A DNA stretch of 33,563 nucleotides from Acidobacteriota bacterium (GCA_022562835.1 JADFOM010000001.1:1-33563), one strand, 5' to 3'. Positions 8,230 through 17,398 are shown, counted from the stretch's first letter. Notes: a model not told the origin generated them from the sequence alone. Made by a program: numbers and translations.

Positions 8230-8261
8230 GCGTATGAGCGACGCCGAAGGCGTCGCGAACT
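8230..8261. repeat. Copy 1 of an intergenic repeat family (ATGAGCGAC-hairpin-GCGAACT)
   Basis: GCGTATGAGCGACGCCGAAGGCGTCGCGAACT contains hairpin GCGACGCC-gaa-GGCGTCGC (8238-8256). Related copies lie at 11061-11089 and 11169-11203. Confidence 0.6.
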
Positions 8262-8270
8262 AGCAGCCAA

Positions 8271-9773
8271 CTAGTAGGAGCCGCGTTGCAGGACGACGGC
8301 AGGGACCGTGCGCAGCAGGATCATCACGTCTGCGAACAGCGTCCAGTTGTCGACGTAATACAGGTCGAGTTGACCGTAATCGCCGCCAGCGTCGCTGCGC
8401 CCGCTGACCTGCCACATTCCTGTGATGCCAGGCCGAACACGAAGTCGATTGTGTAGAGCGTTGTCCCAAACGGCGACCTCGGACGGTAGGGCTGGTCGAG
8501 GCCCAACAAGGGACATCTCGCCCCGGACGACGTTGATCAGTTGGGGTAGCTCATCTATGGAGGTCTTGCGGAGGAAACGGCCGACGCGCGTGATGCGCGG
8601 GTCTGCCTTGATCTTGAACAAGGGGCCTTGGGCCTCGTTGAGGTGCCGTACGTCGTCGAGTTGGTCCTCCGCATCGACGACCATCGTGCGCAGCTTGTAG
8701 ACCTCGAACTCATTGCCGTCGCGCCCAACTCGGACCTGCTTGAAGAAGACCGGACCTGGAGTGGTTAATTTGATGGCCAGCATCGCTGGACCAATCACCA
8801 CAGAGCCGAGGATGATGAGAATCAAAGACACGACCAAGTCGAACGACCGCTTGGCCAGAGCGCGCCATCCGTGACGACGCACCGGCTCGATGTACACCAT
8901 TGGGAAACGGCCGAGTGGGCGAATGGTGAGGCGGTCTGTGGCGATGTCACACAATGTCGAGGACAGCTCGACGTGTACACCGTTTTCCGTCAGTGCGCGG
9001 ATGAGTTGATTCGAGGTTCCGATATCGACGGCGGTCGCTGCGATGATCACACCAACCGCACCGGTCTGGTCGAGCAGCTCAAGCACATCTGAGGGTTCGG
9101 CAAGTCGTTCGCTCAGCGGCGCATCACTTGGGGGAAGCAGAGATTCGGCGAAGCCGACGACTTCGTAGCCGAGAACCGGGTCACTTGCGAGCATGTCGCG
9201 GACCAACCGCCCCTCGGCGTTGTTGCCAATGATCAACACGCGGCGGAGCATGTTGCCGCGCAGGCGAGCCCGCCGAAACGCTACTCGTGCGGCATACCGT
9301 TCGAACGCGACGACCAGAACCGTGATGACTGTTGCCGTGATGATCCAGGTACGCGCCAACGTGATCTTCGCCATGATCGAGGCGACACCGATCAGGATGA
9401 GAGAACCACCGATCGCCTTTAGGATGCGCCAGCCCTCGTCGACTCCGCGGGTGATGAAGCGCGCCTTGTAAAGCGACTGATTCATGAACATCGCTGGCCA
9501 GACCGGAGCCGTTGCCAGTAGCAGCAAGAAGTATGTCCTGTTCGAGACGGGGTCACCGGGGTTGAGGTTGCCGTGGACGATGACCGATGCGATCAACGCC
9601 AATGTGATTGCGTTCAGGTCGGCGAGAGCCAGGGCTGTCTTGCGTGAACTTACGTTTGAAACCGGACGAAAATCACCGTCATAGTTTTCATGGACGGGGT
9701 GTAAACGGACGCGCGCCGGACGTTCCTCGCCCTGGCGCGCCTCAGTTTCCTCCTCAGGAGAAGCTGTGAGCAT
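8271..9773 (-). CDS. Polyprenyl-phosphate hexose-1-phosphate transferase (bacterial sugar transferase, WbaP/EpsB-like)
   Basis: N-terminal TM segments. The C-terminal sugar-transferase domain reads KRSFDLVVS...PGPVFFKQVRVGRDG.EF.VYKLRTM...DPRITRVGRFLRKTSIDELPQL.NV..GEMSLVGPRP. Confidence 0.85.
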   Translation of the reverse strand: MLTASPEEETEARQGEERPARVRLHPVHENYDGDFRPVSNVSSRKTALALADLNAITLALIASVIVHGNLNPGDPVSNRTYFLLLLATAPVWPAMFMNQSLYKARFITRGVDEGWRILKAIGGSLILIGVASIMAKITLARTWIITATVITVLVVAFERYAARVAFRRARLRGNMLRRVLIIGNNAEGRLVRDMLASDPVLGYEVVGFAESLLPPSDAPLSERLAEPSDVLELLDQTGAVGVIIAATAVDIGTSNQLIRALTENGVHVELSSTLCDIATDRLTIRPLGRFPMVYIEPVRRHGWRALAKRSFDLVVSLILIILGSVVIGPAMLAIKLTTPGPVFFKQVRVGRDGNEFEVYKLRTMVVDAEDQLDDVRHLNEAQGPLFKIKADPRITRVGRFLRKTSIDELPQLINVVRGEMSLVGPRPALPSEVAVWDNALHNRLRVRPGITGMWQVSGRSDAGGDYGQLDLYYVDNWTLFADVMILLRTVPAVVLQRGSY

Positions 9774-10080
9774 CTTTGTTTGGTTCCCTCTACTGCTTGT
9801 ACTTCCGCCGATGGTAGAGCCCTAGACCGTCACTGTCAGTGGGCCGATCTTCTCAATTCCCCGAATGTCCCGCTTGTTAACCACGATGCTCTTGGGCAGT
9901 GTTTCCCATCGTTACTAAGAGAATAGCCCTAGTAGAGTCCTCATCTTGTTACATTCTGATGACTCTCTGTGTATCAGCGTCGCAACCTCGCAGAGTGCAG
10001 GAAGCGAGAATCGCCGAGTTGAGTGCAGATCGTCATCGCAGATAATCGTTAGGGTGAGCTAAGCCATTCTAAGCGCTATT

Positions 10081-10992
10081 TCAGCGACTTTTTGCTCCCG
10101 AGCGTGGTCCGTACCCGGGTGGGTCGAACGGGGGGATGCCAGATTCCTCTGCTGCAAACAGCGAATCGACGTTTGACGCGACCTCATCGATCTCGAGTCG
10201 TCCGTCGCCTCGATATTCGGCCACGACGTGCCAGCGTTTGGCAAGCCACATCCCGTCGAGTGCCACGATGAACGTCTGCCCGTTGATGTGAGCCGATGCG
10301 TCCGAGGCCAGCCAAGTCACGAAGGGAGCAACGTTGGCCGGGTCGTACCTGTCGAATGCATCGGGGTCATCGGGGACCGCCATGGACGGTAAATAGTCTG
10401 TCAGCCCTGTGCGGGCACGAGGCACGATGACGTTGGACGTGACCCCATATTTTTCAAGCTCCCTGGCAAACGTGATCGCCATCGAGCAGATGCCACCCTT
10501 CGCTGCGCTGTAGTTGGACTGGGCTGGACCGCCGAACAGGCCCGACTCGCTGGCGGTGCTGATGAGCCGTCGCGGCTTCTCTTCGCCAGCCTTGGCTTGG
10601 TTACGCCAGTGGACCGCGGCGTGGCGCGACGGGGCCCAGTGGCCCTTGATATGAACATTGATGACAGCATCGAAGTCCTCCTCGGTCATGGAAAACGACA
10701 TGGCGTCACGCAAGATTCCTGCATTGTTTACCAAGATGTCGAGGTCGCCCCAGGTATCGATGGCCTGAGCGATCATCGCCTCCGCGGCATCGAAATCGGA
10801 CACCGAACACACGTTGGTCTCTGCGGTGCCACCGCTGCCTTGTATCTCGGACACGGTTTCGGCTGCAGCTTCGGCGTTGAGGTCATTTACTAGGACATTG
10901 GCGCCCTCATCTGCGTACTGCTGCGCATAGGCGCGTCCGAGTCCGCTTCCGGCTCCGGTGATGATGGCGACCTTGCCGTCGAGAATTCCCAT
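10081..10992 (-). CDS. Short-chain dehydrogenase/reductase (3-hydroxyacyl-CoA / 3-oxoacyl reductase-like)
   Basis: GKVAIITGAGSGLGRAYA cofactor motif and catalytic SNYSAAKGG (YxxxK). ATG 10992 is preceded by AAGGGGA. The ORF-track start at 11079 adds an unrelated leader. Confidence 0.85.
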   Translation of the reverse strand: MGILDGKVAIITGAGSGLGRAYAQQYADEGANVLVNDLNAEAAAETVSEIQGSGGTAETNVCSVSDFDAAEAMIAQAIDTWGDLDILVNNAGILRDAMSFSMTEEDFDAVINVHIKGHWAPSRHAAVHWRNQAKAGEEKPRRLISTASESGLFGGPAQSNYSAAKGGICSMAITFARELEKYGVTSNVIVPRARTGLTDYLPSMAVPDDPDAFDRYDPANVAPFVTWLASDASAHINGQTFIVALDGMWLAKRWHVVAEYRGDGRLEIDEVASNVDSLFAAEESGIPPFDPPGYGPRSGAKSR

Positions 10993-11060
10993 GTGTTGTT
11001 CCCCTTGGTGCTTTGATGGATGCCTGGAATTGGATAGCGACGTGGTGAGATTAGTGCGAG

Positions 11061-11203
11061 TCCCCCGCATGAGCGACAACGAAGTAGTCCGGGTGTGGCT
11101 TTGCCGCCCCGGACGTTCAAACCCACTCGACGTTTCTGCGAAGCCGAAACTCGCAGGAACCCGAAGGGTTCCCCCGCATGAGCGACACGAAGTGTCGCGA
11201 ACT
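11061..11203. repeat. Two further copies of the ATGAGCGAC-hairpin repeat plus an adjacent GAA-loop hairpin
   Basis: 11061-11089 is TCCCCCGCATGAGCGACAACGAAGTAGTC. 11169-11203 is TTCCCCCGCATGAGCGACACGAAGTGTCGCGAACT, with hairpin GCGACAC-gaa-GTGTCGC. Hairpin GGAACCC-gaa-GGGTTCC lies at 11156-11172. AACTCGCAG occurs twice. Confidence 0.6.
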
Positions 11204-11214
11204 CGCAGCGAGAG

Positions 11215-12417
11215 TCAGTTAAGGCGCTGAATGATCATTGCCATTCCCTGACCACCACCGACACACATCGACTCGAGACCGAACTCCTTGTCCGAGTCGC
11301 TGAGTCCGTTGATCAGAGTGGTCATGATGCGGGCACCGGTCATGCCGAATGGGTGACCGAGAGCAATCGCGCCGCCGTTGACGTTGAGTTTGTCGAGGCT
11401 GATGCCTAGTTCATCCGCCGACGGTATTACCTGTGCTGCGAATGCTTCATTGATCTCGACGAGATCGATGTCATCGATGGTCATGCCAGCACGGTTCAAC
11501 GTCTGGCGACAAGCGTCGATTGGGCCAAGTCCCATTATCTCCGGACTCAGTGCGGATACGCCAGAGGCCACGATGCGGGCAAGCGGCTCGAGTCCCAACT
11601 CTGCGGCTCTGGTGTCGCTCATCACGACTACGGCGGCGGCGCCGTCGTTGAGCGGGCACGCGTTGCCTGCAGTCACCGTGCCGTCTGGTCGGAATACGGG
11701 GCTGAGCTGGGAGACTTTCTCGATCGTCGTGCCGGCGCGGATTCCATCATCGGTCGAAACCACGGTGCCATCGGGCAGGGTGTATGGGGTGATCTCGTTT
11801 TCGAAGAAGCCGCGAGCCTGTGCGGCCTCGGCGCGATTCTGTGAGGCGACGCCGTATTCGTCCTGCGCCTCGCGGGACACGTTCTTGTACTGGGCAACAT
11901 TTTCAGCGGTCTGACCCATCGCGATGTAGATGTCGGGAAGTCCCGACGGCGGCGTCCACGTTTCGGTGCCCTCACCGGCACGCGACGCGGTGTGGGCCTC
12001 AGCGTCCGTGAACTGTTCGTTGTGCGGACCGCTGTCGGCCGCGCCATACATGTAACGGCTAACGGTCTCGACGCCGCCGGCGACGAAGCAGTCACCCTCG
12101 CCGGCCTTGATGGCATGGGCCGCCATGCGAATGGTCTGCAGCGACGAAGAGCAGTAGCGGTTAACCGTGACGCCTGGGGCGTCGACGTTGGCGAGTATCG
12201 CAGCAGCCCGGCCAATGTTGTAGCCGGCCTCGCCGCCTGGCTGGCCGCAACCCCAGATCACGTCTTCGACCTGATCACGAGGAAGATCGGGGACCTTATC
12301 GAGCACGTCTTCGATGATGAAGGCTGAGAGATCATCGGGCCGCGCTTCGGTGAGCGAACCCTTGTTTGCTCGGCCTATGGGCGTGCGAGCGGTCGAGACG
12401 ATTACAGCTTCGGCCAT
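11215..12417 (-). CDS. Acetyl-CoA C-acyltransferase (thiolase)
   Basis: AVIVSTARTPIGRA start, active-site NRYCSSSLQ, C-terminal GHPFGMTGARI and CVGGGQGMAM. ATG 12417 has GGGAGAA upstream. Confidence 0.9.
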   Translation of the reverse strand: MAEAVIVSTARTPIGRANKGSLTEARPDDLSAFIIEDVLDKVPDLPRDQVEDVIWGCGQPGGEAGYNIGRAAAILANVDAPGVTVNRYCSSSLQTIRMAAHAIKAGEGDCFVAGGVETVSRYMYGAADSGPHNEQFTDAEAHTASRAGEGTETWTPPSGLPDIYIAMGQTAENVAQYKNVSREAQDEYGVASQNRAEAAQARGFFENEITPYTLPDGTVVSTDDGIRAGTTIEKVSQLSPVFRPDGTVTAGNACPLNDGAAAVVVMSDTRAAELGLEPLARIVASGVSALSPEIMGLGPIDACRQTLNRAGMTIDDIDLVEINEAFAAQVIPSADELGISLDKLNVNGGAIALGHPFGMTGARIMTTLINGLSDSDKEFGLESMCVGGGQGMAMIIQRLN

Positions 12418-12607
12418 GACGTTTTCTCCCTGATCGATTGCTGGCACTTTAGAGGTCCGAAGGCTTGGAACCACAGCGGCTCTACGATGGCCGACACGAA
12501 AGCGGTCGACGTCGGGCCGCTATGGTCACGGGGTCGCCGTTTCACGCGATGCAAGGTGGATTCGGCCGATCGCCGGGTTTCCAGAACAAGCTGATCAGGA
12601 GTGAGCG

Positions 12608-14068
12608 GTGCCAATCGAACCAGATCGCCAGTGGAAGATGTTGATCGATGGGTCATGGGTGACGACGTCATCGACCTATGAGATCATCGACCCCAACACC
12701 ACCAAGGTTGTCGGACACGCACCCGAAGCTACGGTTGCCGATGCCGAGGCCGCCGCCGCAGCAGCGCGCAAGGCCCTGCCGGCCTGGCGTGATAGCTCGG
12801 TCGGAGAGCGGTGTGCGCTACTCGGCAAACTTGCCGATCTGCTCGAGGGCCGGGTGGGGGACTGGGTCGATGTTGTTCAGGCCGAGACCGGTGCGACGAT
12901 CAACATCACCGAGACATTGCAGGTGGGCGGTCCCACCGTCGACAGGTTTCGCTACTACTCGACACCGCGCGACGTCGACGTACCAATCGCACCGTTCTCC
13001 TCCGCAGCAACCACACTCGGCCCTGCCGGACTGATCGGTGCAATGGCGCTTCGTCAGCCCGTCGGTGTTGTCGCTTGCATTACCCCGTACAACTTTCCGC
13101 TGACCAACGTGGCAGGCAAGATCGCACCGGCGTTGGCTATGGGCAACACCTGTGTCATCAAACCTGCCCCGCAGGATCCGCTCGGGATTCTGCTGCTCGG
13201 TGAGGCGATCACCGAGGCCGGATTTCCTCCCGGGGTCGTCAACATCATCACGGGTTCGGGTCCCGAGGCCCCTGCCACTCTGGTCGATTCCAAAGACGTC
13301 AACATGATCAGCTTCACAGGGTCCACCCCCATAGGGGCGAAGATCTATGAGAACGGCGCCAAGACGATGAAGCGACTACTGATGGAACTTGGTGGCAAGG
13401 GCGCGCTGATCATGACCGATGATGCCGATGTCGGTCAGGCGACGGGCGCGATTGCGTCGGTGTGGGGATTTCACAGTGGACAGATCTGCACGGCGCCTAC
13501 CCGCGTGCTGTGTCACCGATCGCTGTATGACCAGACCGTCGAGGGGCTGACGGCTGTGGCAGAGATGCTGAAGGTCGGCGACGCGCTCGAGCGCGACACC
13601 TTGGTAGGACCGGTCATCACCGAGATGCATCGCGACAAGGTGGAGGCGTTCATCCAGAGCGGCGTCGACGATGGTGCAACTCTCTTGGCCGGAGGTCAAC
13701 GTCCAGACCTGCCCGGCTATCTCATTGCGCCAACGCTGCTGGCCGATTGCACGCCGGACATGCACGTGGTGCGCGAGGAGGCGTTCGGTCCCGTCGTCGT
13801 CGTGTTGCCGTTCGACGAGGACGACGAAGCTGTGGCACTCGCGAACGATTCCGACTACGGACTGTTCAGCTATGTCTATTCGGGCAACACCTCGCGGGCC
13901 TACAAGATCGCTCAGCAACTCGAATCGGGCAACGTGGCGCTCAACAGCGTGCAACCACATATGGAGGCACCGTTTGGTGGTTTCAAAATGTCCGGTATCG
14001 GTCGTGACCGAGGCGTGTGGGGACTCGAGGCGTACAGCGAGGTGCAGGCGATTAGCTGGCTCGCCTGA
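12608..14068 (+). CDS. NAD(P)-dependent aldehyde dehydrogenase
   Basis: FTGST.IG, catalytic LELGGKG and GQICTAPTR motifs. 486 aa. GTG start with AGGAG 6 nt upstream. Confidence 0.9.
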   Translation: MPIEPDRQWKMLIDGSWVTTSSTYEIIDPNTTKVVGHAPEATVADAEAAAAAARKALPAWRDSSVGERCALLGKLADLLEGRVGDWVDVVQAETGATINITETLQVGGPTVDRFRYYSTPRDVDVPIAPFSSAATTLGPAGLIGAMALRQPVGVVACITPYNFPLTNVAGKIAPALAMGNTCVIKPAPQDPLGILLLGEAITEAGFPPGVVNIITGSGPEAPATLVDSKDVNMISFTGSTPIGAKIYENGAKTMKRLLMELGGKGALIMTDDADVGQATGAIASVWGFHSGQICTAPTRVLCHRSLYDQTVEGLTAVAEMLKVGDALERDTLVGPVITEMHRDKVEAFIQSGVDDGATLLAGGQRPDLPGYLIAPTLLADCTPDMHVVREEAFGPVVVVLPFDEDDEAVALANDSDYGLFSYVYSGNTSRAYKIAQQLESGNVALNSVQPHMEAPFGGFKMSGIGRDRGVWGLEAYSEVQAISWLA

Positions 14069-14071
14069 ACA

Positions 14072-14521
14072 ATGGGCGTTCGAGGAGTGCGCACCGCATA
14101 CGTCGCTCCCGGGCTCGTGGCTTCCGCCAGCGCCAGTGTTGTGCTGTCGGGCACCTTCACCTGGCTTGATATCGCGGGAGATGAGCTGTCTGGATTCAGG
14201 CTCGCCGATCTCGTGTTATCACTCGATGGGGCGTATTCGATCTCGCCGCCGAGCTGGATCGGGTTCGTCTGGTACCTCCTTCCCGTTGCCGCCGCGCTGA
14301 ATTGGGTGGTTCTGTTTGCGTCGTGGCCGGTTCGGATCACGACATGGACGCGCTGGCTTCTGGCCCTTCAAACGGTGGTCACCGCAGCGGTCGCGGCGGC
14401 AGCCTCAGCTACAGCGCAGGTTGCCGTCGGTGCTGGCGTGTGGCTGGCCGCGGGTGGACTAGTACTCGGTTGGGGTGGGGTCGGTGTGGATGTTGTGTCG
14501 AGGCGCCTGACATCGACTTGA
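14072..14521 (+). CDS. Hypothetical integral membrane protein
   Basis: 149 aa with several hydrophobic/Trp-rich segments. It starts 3 nt after the aldehyde dehydrogenase stop. Third-position GC looks similar to neighbouring genes by eye. No family recognised. Confidence 0.5.
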   Translation: MGVRGVRTAYVAPGLVASASASVVLSGTFTWLDIAGDELSGFRLADLVLSLDGAYSISPPSWIGFVWYLLPVAAALNWVVLFASWPVRITTWTRWLLALQTVVTAAVAAAASATAQVAVGAGVWLAAGGLVLGWGGVGVDVVSRRLTST

Positions 14522-14579
14522 CCCGGCCTGGTTGCCACTAATTCCTACATTTGAACTCGGAACATGTCGATGGGTGGTG

Positions 14580-16196
14580 ATGGACGAGAAGTACGCAAGC
14601 GTCGAATCGGGTTCGGTCAGCGGTGGACCGCCGGGTCGCGTGGTGGCAGTCATCGTCGCAGCCGTTGGAGTGGCGGTACTGGCGTTCATCGGCTTTCGGG
14701 TCACCGGTGCGGCTAGTGGTTCGGCGGCCGGCGCCGACACTTCGTCCGAAGCGGTTACCGGACTGATGGGAGCGTTGTCCAGCGAGAACGTTATCGAGAT
14801 CTTCGCGCTGCTCCCGCCGAGCGAGGTTGGTCATGTCGTCGAGTTGTATGTGCCCGGCGTTGAGCTCGCACAAGAGTCTGAAGTAATCGTCTCGGACGAT
14901 CCACTCGCCGGTATCGATATCACGATTGAGGGCACGGTCACCCGTGTCGAGGAGCTGCACTCGGACATTCACCGGGTGTATCTCAGCAACGATGCGATCG
15001 TGCGGGTGGTTACCGATCCCACGAAGATGGATCCAGCGCTGGCCGAACAGGCCGAAGCATCCGTTGAGACCATAACGGCGCAGGAGCTGCTGGAGGAATT
15101 CAACGATCGTGACGATCCCGACCCGTTGTCCGAACTATTTGTAGTTGCCGTGCGCGAACGCGGTCAGTGGTTCGCCAGCCCGCTCTACACGACGATGGAA
15201 TACCTCCGCGAGTACTACGACGTCGATGTTCCGGACTTCGCGGCTTCTCGCGAAGTCGTCAATGTTGGCGCCGAGAGCCCGGAAGGTGTTCTCGAACAGT
15301 TTCTCGAGCCGATCGACGAACTGGACGAAACCGACGTCATCGAAGGGCTCGACCAGGCGATCGCTGGTCTCGAGGAAGGATCGGAAGCGGACTATATGGC
15401 TGATGTCGACTGGGAAACGTCGCTCATCGCTCCCGACGAGATCGACGTGTTCTTGGACTATGCACCAGTGTTCGCAGCCATCACCGAGGAAATTCAGATG
15501 TCGACCGACGAGATATTCGGGCCGATGGAAGCGATAGAAGTCGGGGAGGCGATTCCAGAGATGGAGGCTACGACCGACTATCGCGAAGACTGGAATGCGA
15601 TTCCTGAAGCCCCTCCGCCACCGTATGACTGCCCAAATCTGACTGCCCCCGATGGAACACCAGCGTGCGATCCCTGGACGGTCCCCGCCATCGAGGATCC
15701 CTACTTCGATGACGACTCGTATTACGACGACTTCTATTACGAGGAACCGCTCACGTTGACCGAGCAGCTCGAGGAGATGCGCAACGCGTTCGAAGAAGCG
15801 GACTACAAGGGAAACCTTGATATTGAGACCGAGACCATGGTCGAGTCGATGAGCGACGATCGGGCCAGGGTGAGCGTGACTGCAGCGCAGCTACGCGGCG
15901 AGCTGAGCTGGCAGGATCCGGGCATGCCGCGCTCGAGTGTTGTGCTCGACGCTGAGATCTATGACGGGATATGCGGACGGTACTCGTTCGTACAGACCGA
16001 CGTCGTGGAGTACGAGGGGGCGCCGCCGGAATCGTTCACGGAGTCGGCCGACGAGTGTCTGGAGATCCCTGGCGATCGCCCCGCTGGAGCGTTCATCATC
16101 ACCCGCGAGATCGACGGTCAGTGGTACTTCAGCCCAATCGAAACTATTATCGAATACGCGCGCTTCGCCATCGAGATCGCTTCCGCCGAGGACTGA
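14580..16196 (+). CDS. Hypothetical membrane-anchored, highly acidic protein with an internal duplication
   Basis: N-terminal TM helix VVAVIVAAVGVAVLAFIGF, then a long D/E-rich region. The motif GQW(F/Y)xSP(L/I)xT(T/I)(M/I)EYxR occurs twice (DNA ~15140-15215 and ~16089-16170). ATG 14580 is chosen; in-frame GTGs at 14574 and 14577 are possible. Confidence 0.6.
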   Translation: MDEKYASVESGSVSGGPPGRVVAVIVAAVGVAVLAFIGFRVTGAASGSAAGADTSSEAVTGLMGALSSENVIEIFALLPPSEVGHVVELYVPGVELAQESEVIVSDDPLAGIDITIEGTVTRVEELHSDIHRVYLSNDAIVRVVTDPTKMDPALAEQAEASVETITAQELLEEFNDRDDPDPLSELFVVAVRERGQWFASPLYTTMEYLREYYDVDVPDFAASREVVNVGAESPEGVLEQFLEPIDELDETDVIEGLDQAIAGLEEGSEADYMADVDWETSLIAPDEIDVFLDYAPVFAAITEEIQMSTDEIFGPMEAIEVGEAIPEMEATTDYREDWNAIPEAPPPPYDCPNLTAPDGTPACDPWTVPAIEDPYFDDDSYYDDFYYEEPLTLTEQLEEMRNAFEEADYKGNLDIETETMVESMSDDRARVSVTAAQLRGELSWQDPGMPRSSVVLDAEIYDGICGRYSFVQTDVVEYEGAPPESFTESADECLEIPGDRPAGAFIITREIDGQWYFSPIETIIEYARFAIEIASAED

Positions 16197-16270
16197 CTCG
16201 TCCCGCCGAGGTCAATATTGCGATAGTTGAGCCAATCGGACAGTGGGCCGCTGAGACGCGATACTGGCCC

Positions 16271-16798
16271 ATGGACGATGCCACATCTCTCGCTGAGTTG
16301 ACCGTGATAGATGTCGACGGCAACAACGTTGAGTTGGGGTCGTTCTGCGGAAGACCGCTGCTGATCCAGATGTTGCGTTACTACGGTTGACTGCCCTGCA
16401 AGGACTACCTCACGCAGTTGCGGGAGGAACATCAGGCATTGGAGGAGTCGGGCGTTTCGGTCGTGGCCATCGGCGGATCTGCGCAAGATCAGGCCGCAGC
16501 GCTCCAACCCGACTACCCGTTCCCCTTGTTGTTGGATCCCGACCAGGTAGTGCGCCAAGCGGTTGGACTGGGCACGTTGAGCATCGGTCAAATGATCAAG
16601 CCGCGTAGCGCATGGCGTTACGTGCGATCGATTCGCAGTCGAGTCGCACCCGGCAAGATCACCGAGGACCGTGAGCAGGCACCGGGTGTGTTGCTGACGA
16701 ACGCGGTGCTGGAGGCGGAGTGGGTTTATCGCGGAACGGGCTTGGGTGACTATCCGTCGATGCAGACAGTTCGTGATCAGGTTGCCCACATGCGGTAG
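16271..16798 (+). CDS. Peroxiredoxin-like (AhpC/TSA, PRX_like2-type) thioredoxin-fold protein with in-frame TGA at 16388-16390; candidate selenoprotein (U-L-P-C)
   Basis: ORFs 15971..16390 and 16418..16798 share a frame and are separated only by this TGA. The joined translation is ...LTVIDVDGNNVELGSFCGRPLLIQMLRYYG-U-LPCKDYLTQLREEHQALEESGVSVVAIGGS...FPLLLDPD...APGVLLTN.... This follows the layout of CxxC Prx-like proteins, with the TGA at the first Cys position. ATG 16271 gives 175 aa. Confidence 0.6.
16408..16427 (+). ncRNA. Candidate bacterial SECIS-like hairpin
   Basis: CCUC-A-CGC-AGUU-GCG-G-GAGG: 7 bp with one A/G mismatch. The apical loop AGUU contains GU and begins 25 nt after the UGA. 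Folded by eye only. Confidence 0.3.
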
Positions 16799-17035
16799 AC
16801 GATCGACCTTCTTGACCGCGTGTGGTGTTCAAGAGACCACCAAAAGACGTCGAGTCATCCAGATTGCATGGAGCGTACGACCTAGGTATCTCTCTGATAG
16901 ATAGGTCCGTTCGCGAACAATCATCGTTGTGCTCTGTTCTAGCGGCCGTGGCTTCTCTACAGTTGGGCCCCAGCGGTGTGGGTGCTAATACGCGAAGGCA
17001 AATGCCTGGCGACAGGTCTGGAGGAGCGGTAAAGA

Positions 17036-17371
17036 ATGCTCGATTCGATGTACGCGCCATTGGTGGAGATGTCGACCGAATGGATGGGCGACGGGGCTTG
17101 TAGTGGCAAGAGCGACCTCTTCTTCGCTCCTTTCGCCGAACGACCAGAGGCTCGTGTCCGTCGCGAGAATCAAGCTCGCACCATTTGTGAGGAGTGCAGT
17201 GCGTTGGGCCAGTGCCGCACCTGGGCGCGAGAGAATCGGGAGCTTGGCTTCTGGGGCGGAGAGTCCGAGGCCGAGCGGGCGGCTGCCGGTTTCGCTCCGA
17301 CCACACCGATCATCGGTCGTCGTCGGGTAGCCGAGGAACGCGCCGCGAAGGCACTCGCCAAGGCTGTCTGA
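17036..17371 (+). CDS. WhiB-family (Wbl) Fe-S transcriptional regulator
   Basis: Four Cys in the pattern C-x28-C-x2-C-x5-C (GACSG...ICEECSALGQC), followed by the G(F)WGG turn (ELGFWGGES) and a basic tail. GGAGGAG lies 9 nt upstream of ATG 17036. An internal ATG at 17069 is possible. Confidence 0.8.
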   Translation: MLDSMYAPLVEMSTEWMGDGACSGKSDLFFAPFAERPEARVRRENQARTICEECSALGQCRTWARENRELGFWGGESEAERAAAGFAPTTPIIGRRRVAEERAAKALAKAV

Positions 17372-17398
17372 CACCGGTAGTGGTGTCTGTCAGACACC
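17364..17398. terminator. Palindromic element between convergent whiB-like and enoyl-CoA hydratase genes, related to the 6672-6746 element
   Basis: CTGTCTGACACCGGTAGTGGTGTCTGTCAGACACC contains the palindrome GGTGTCTG-t-CAGACACC (17382-17398) plus an extra half copy, GTCTGACACCGG (17366-17377). It shares GTCTGACACCGGT with 6733-6745. Confidence 0.4.

Noticed and set aside
11156-11198. Hyper-stable C(UUCG)G tetraloops on the transcribed (minus) strand of the GAA-loop hairpins
   Set aside because: On checking the pairing, the stems are symmetric around a 3-nt loop (UUC on the minus strand, GAA on the plus strand). They are therefore triloops, not UUCG tetraloops.
16118-16789. 223-aa minus-strand ORF overlapping the candidate selenoprotein gene
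   Set aside because: It has no recognisable motifs and lies exactly antisense to a frame with clear Prx-like similarity on both sides of the TGA. It is a shadow ORF.
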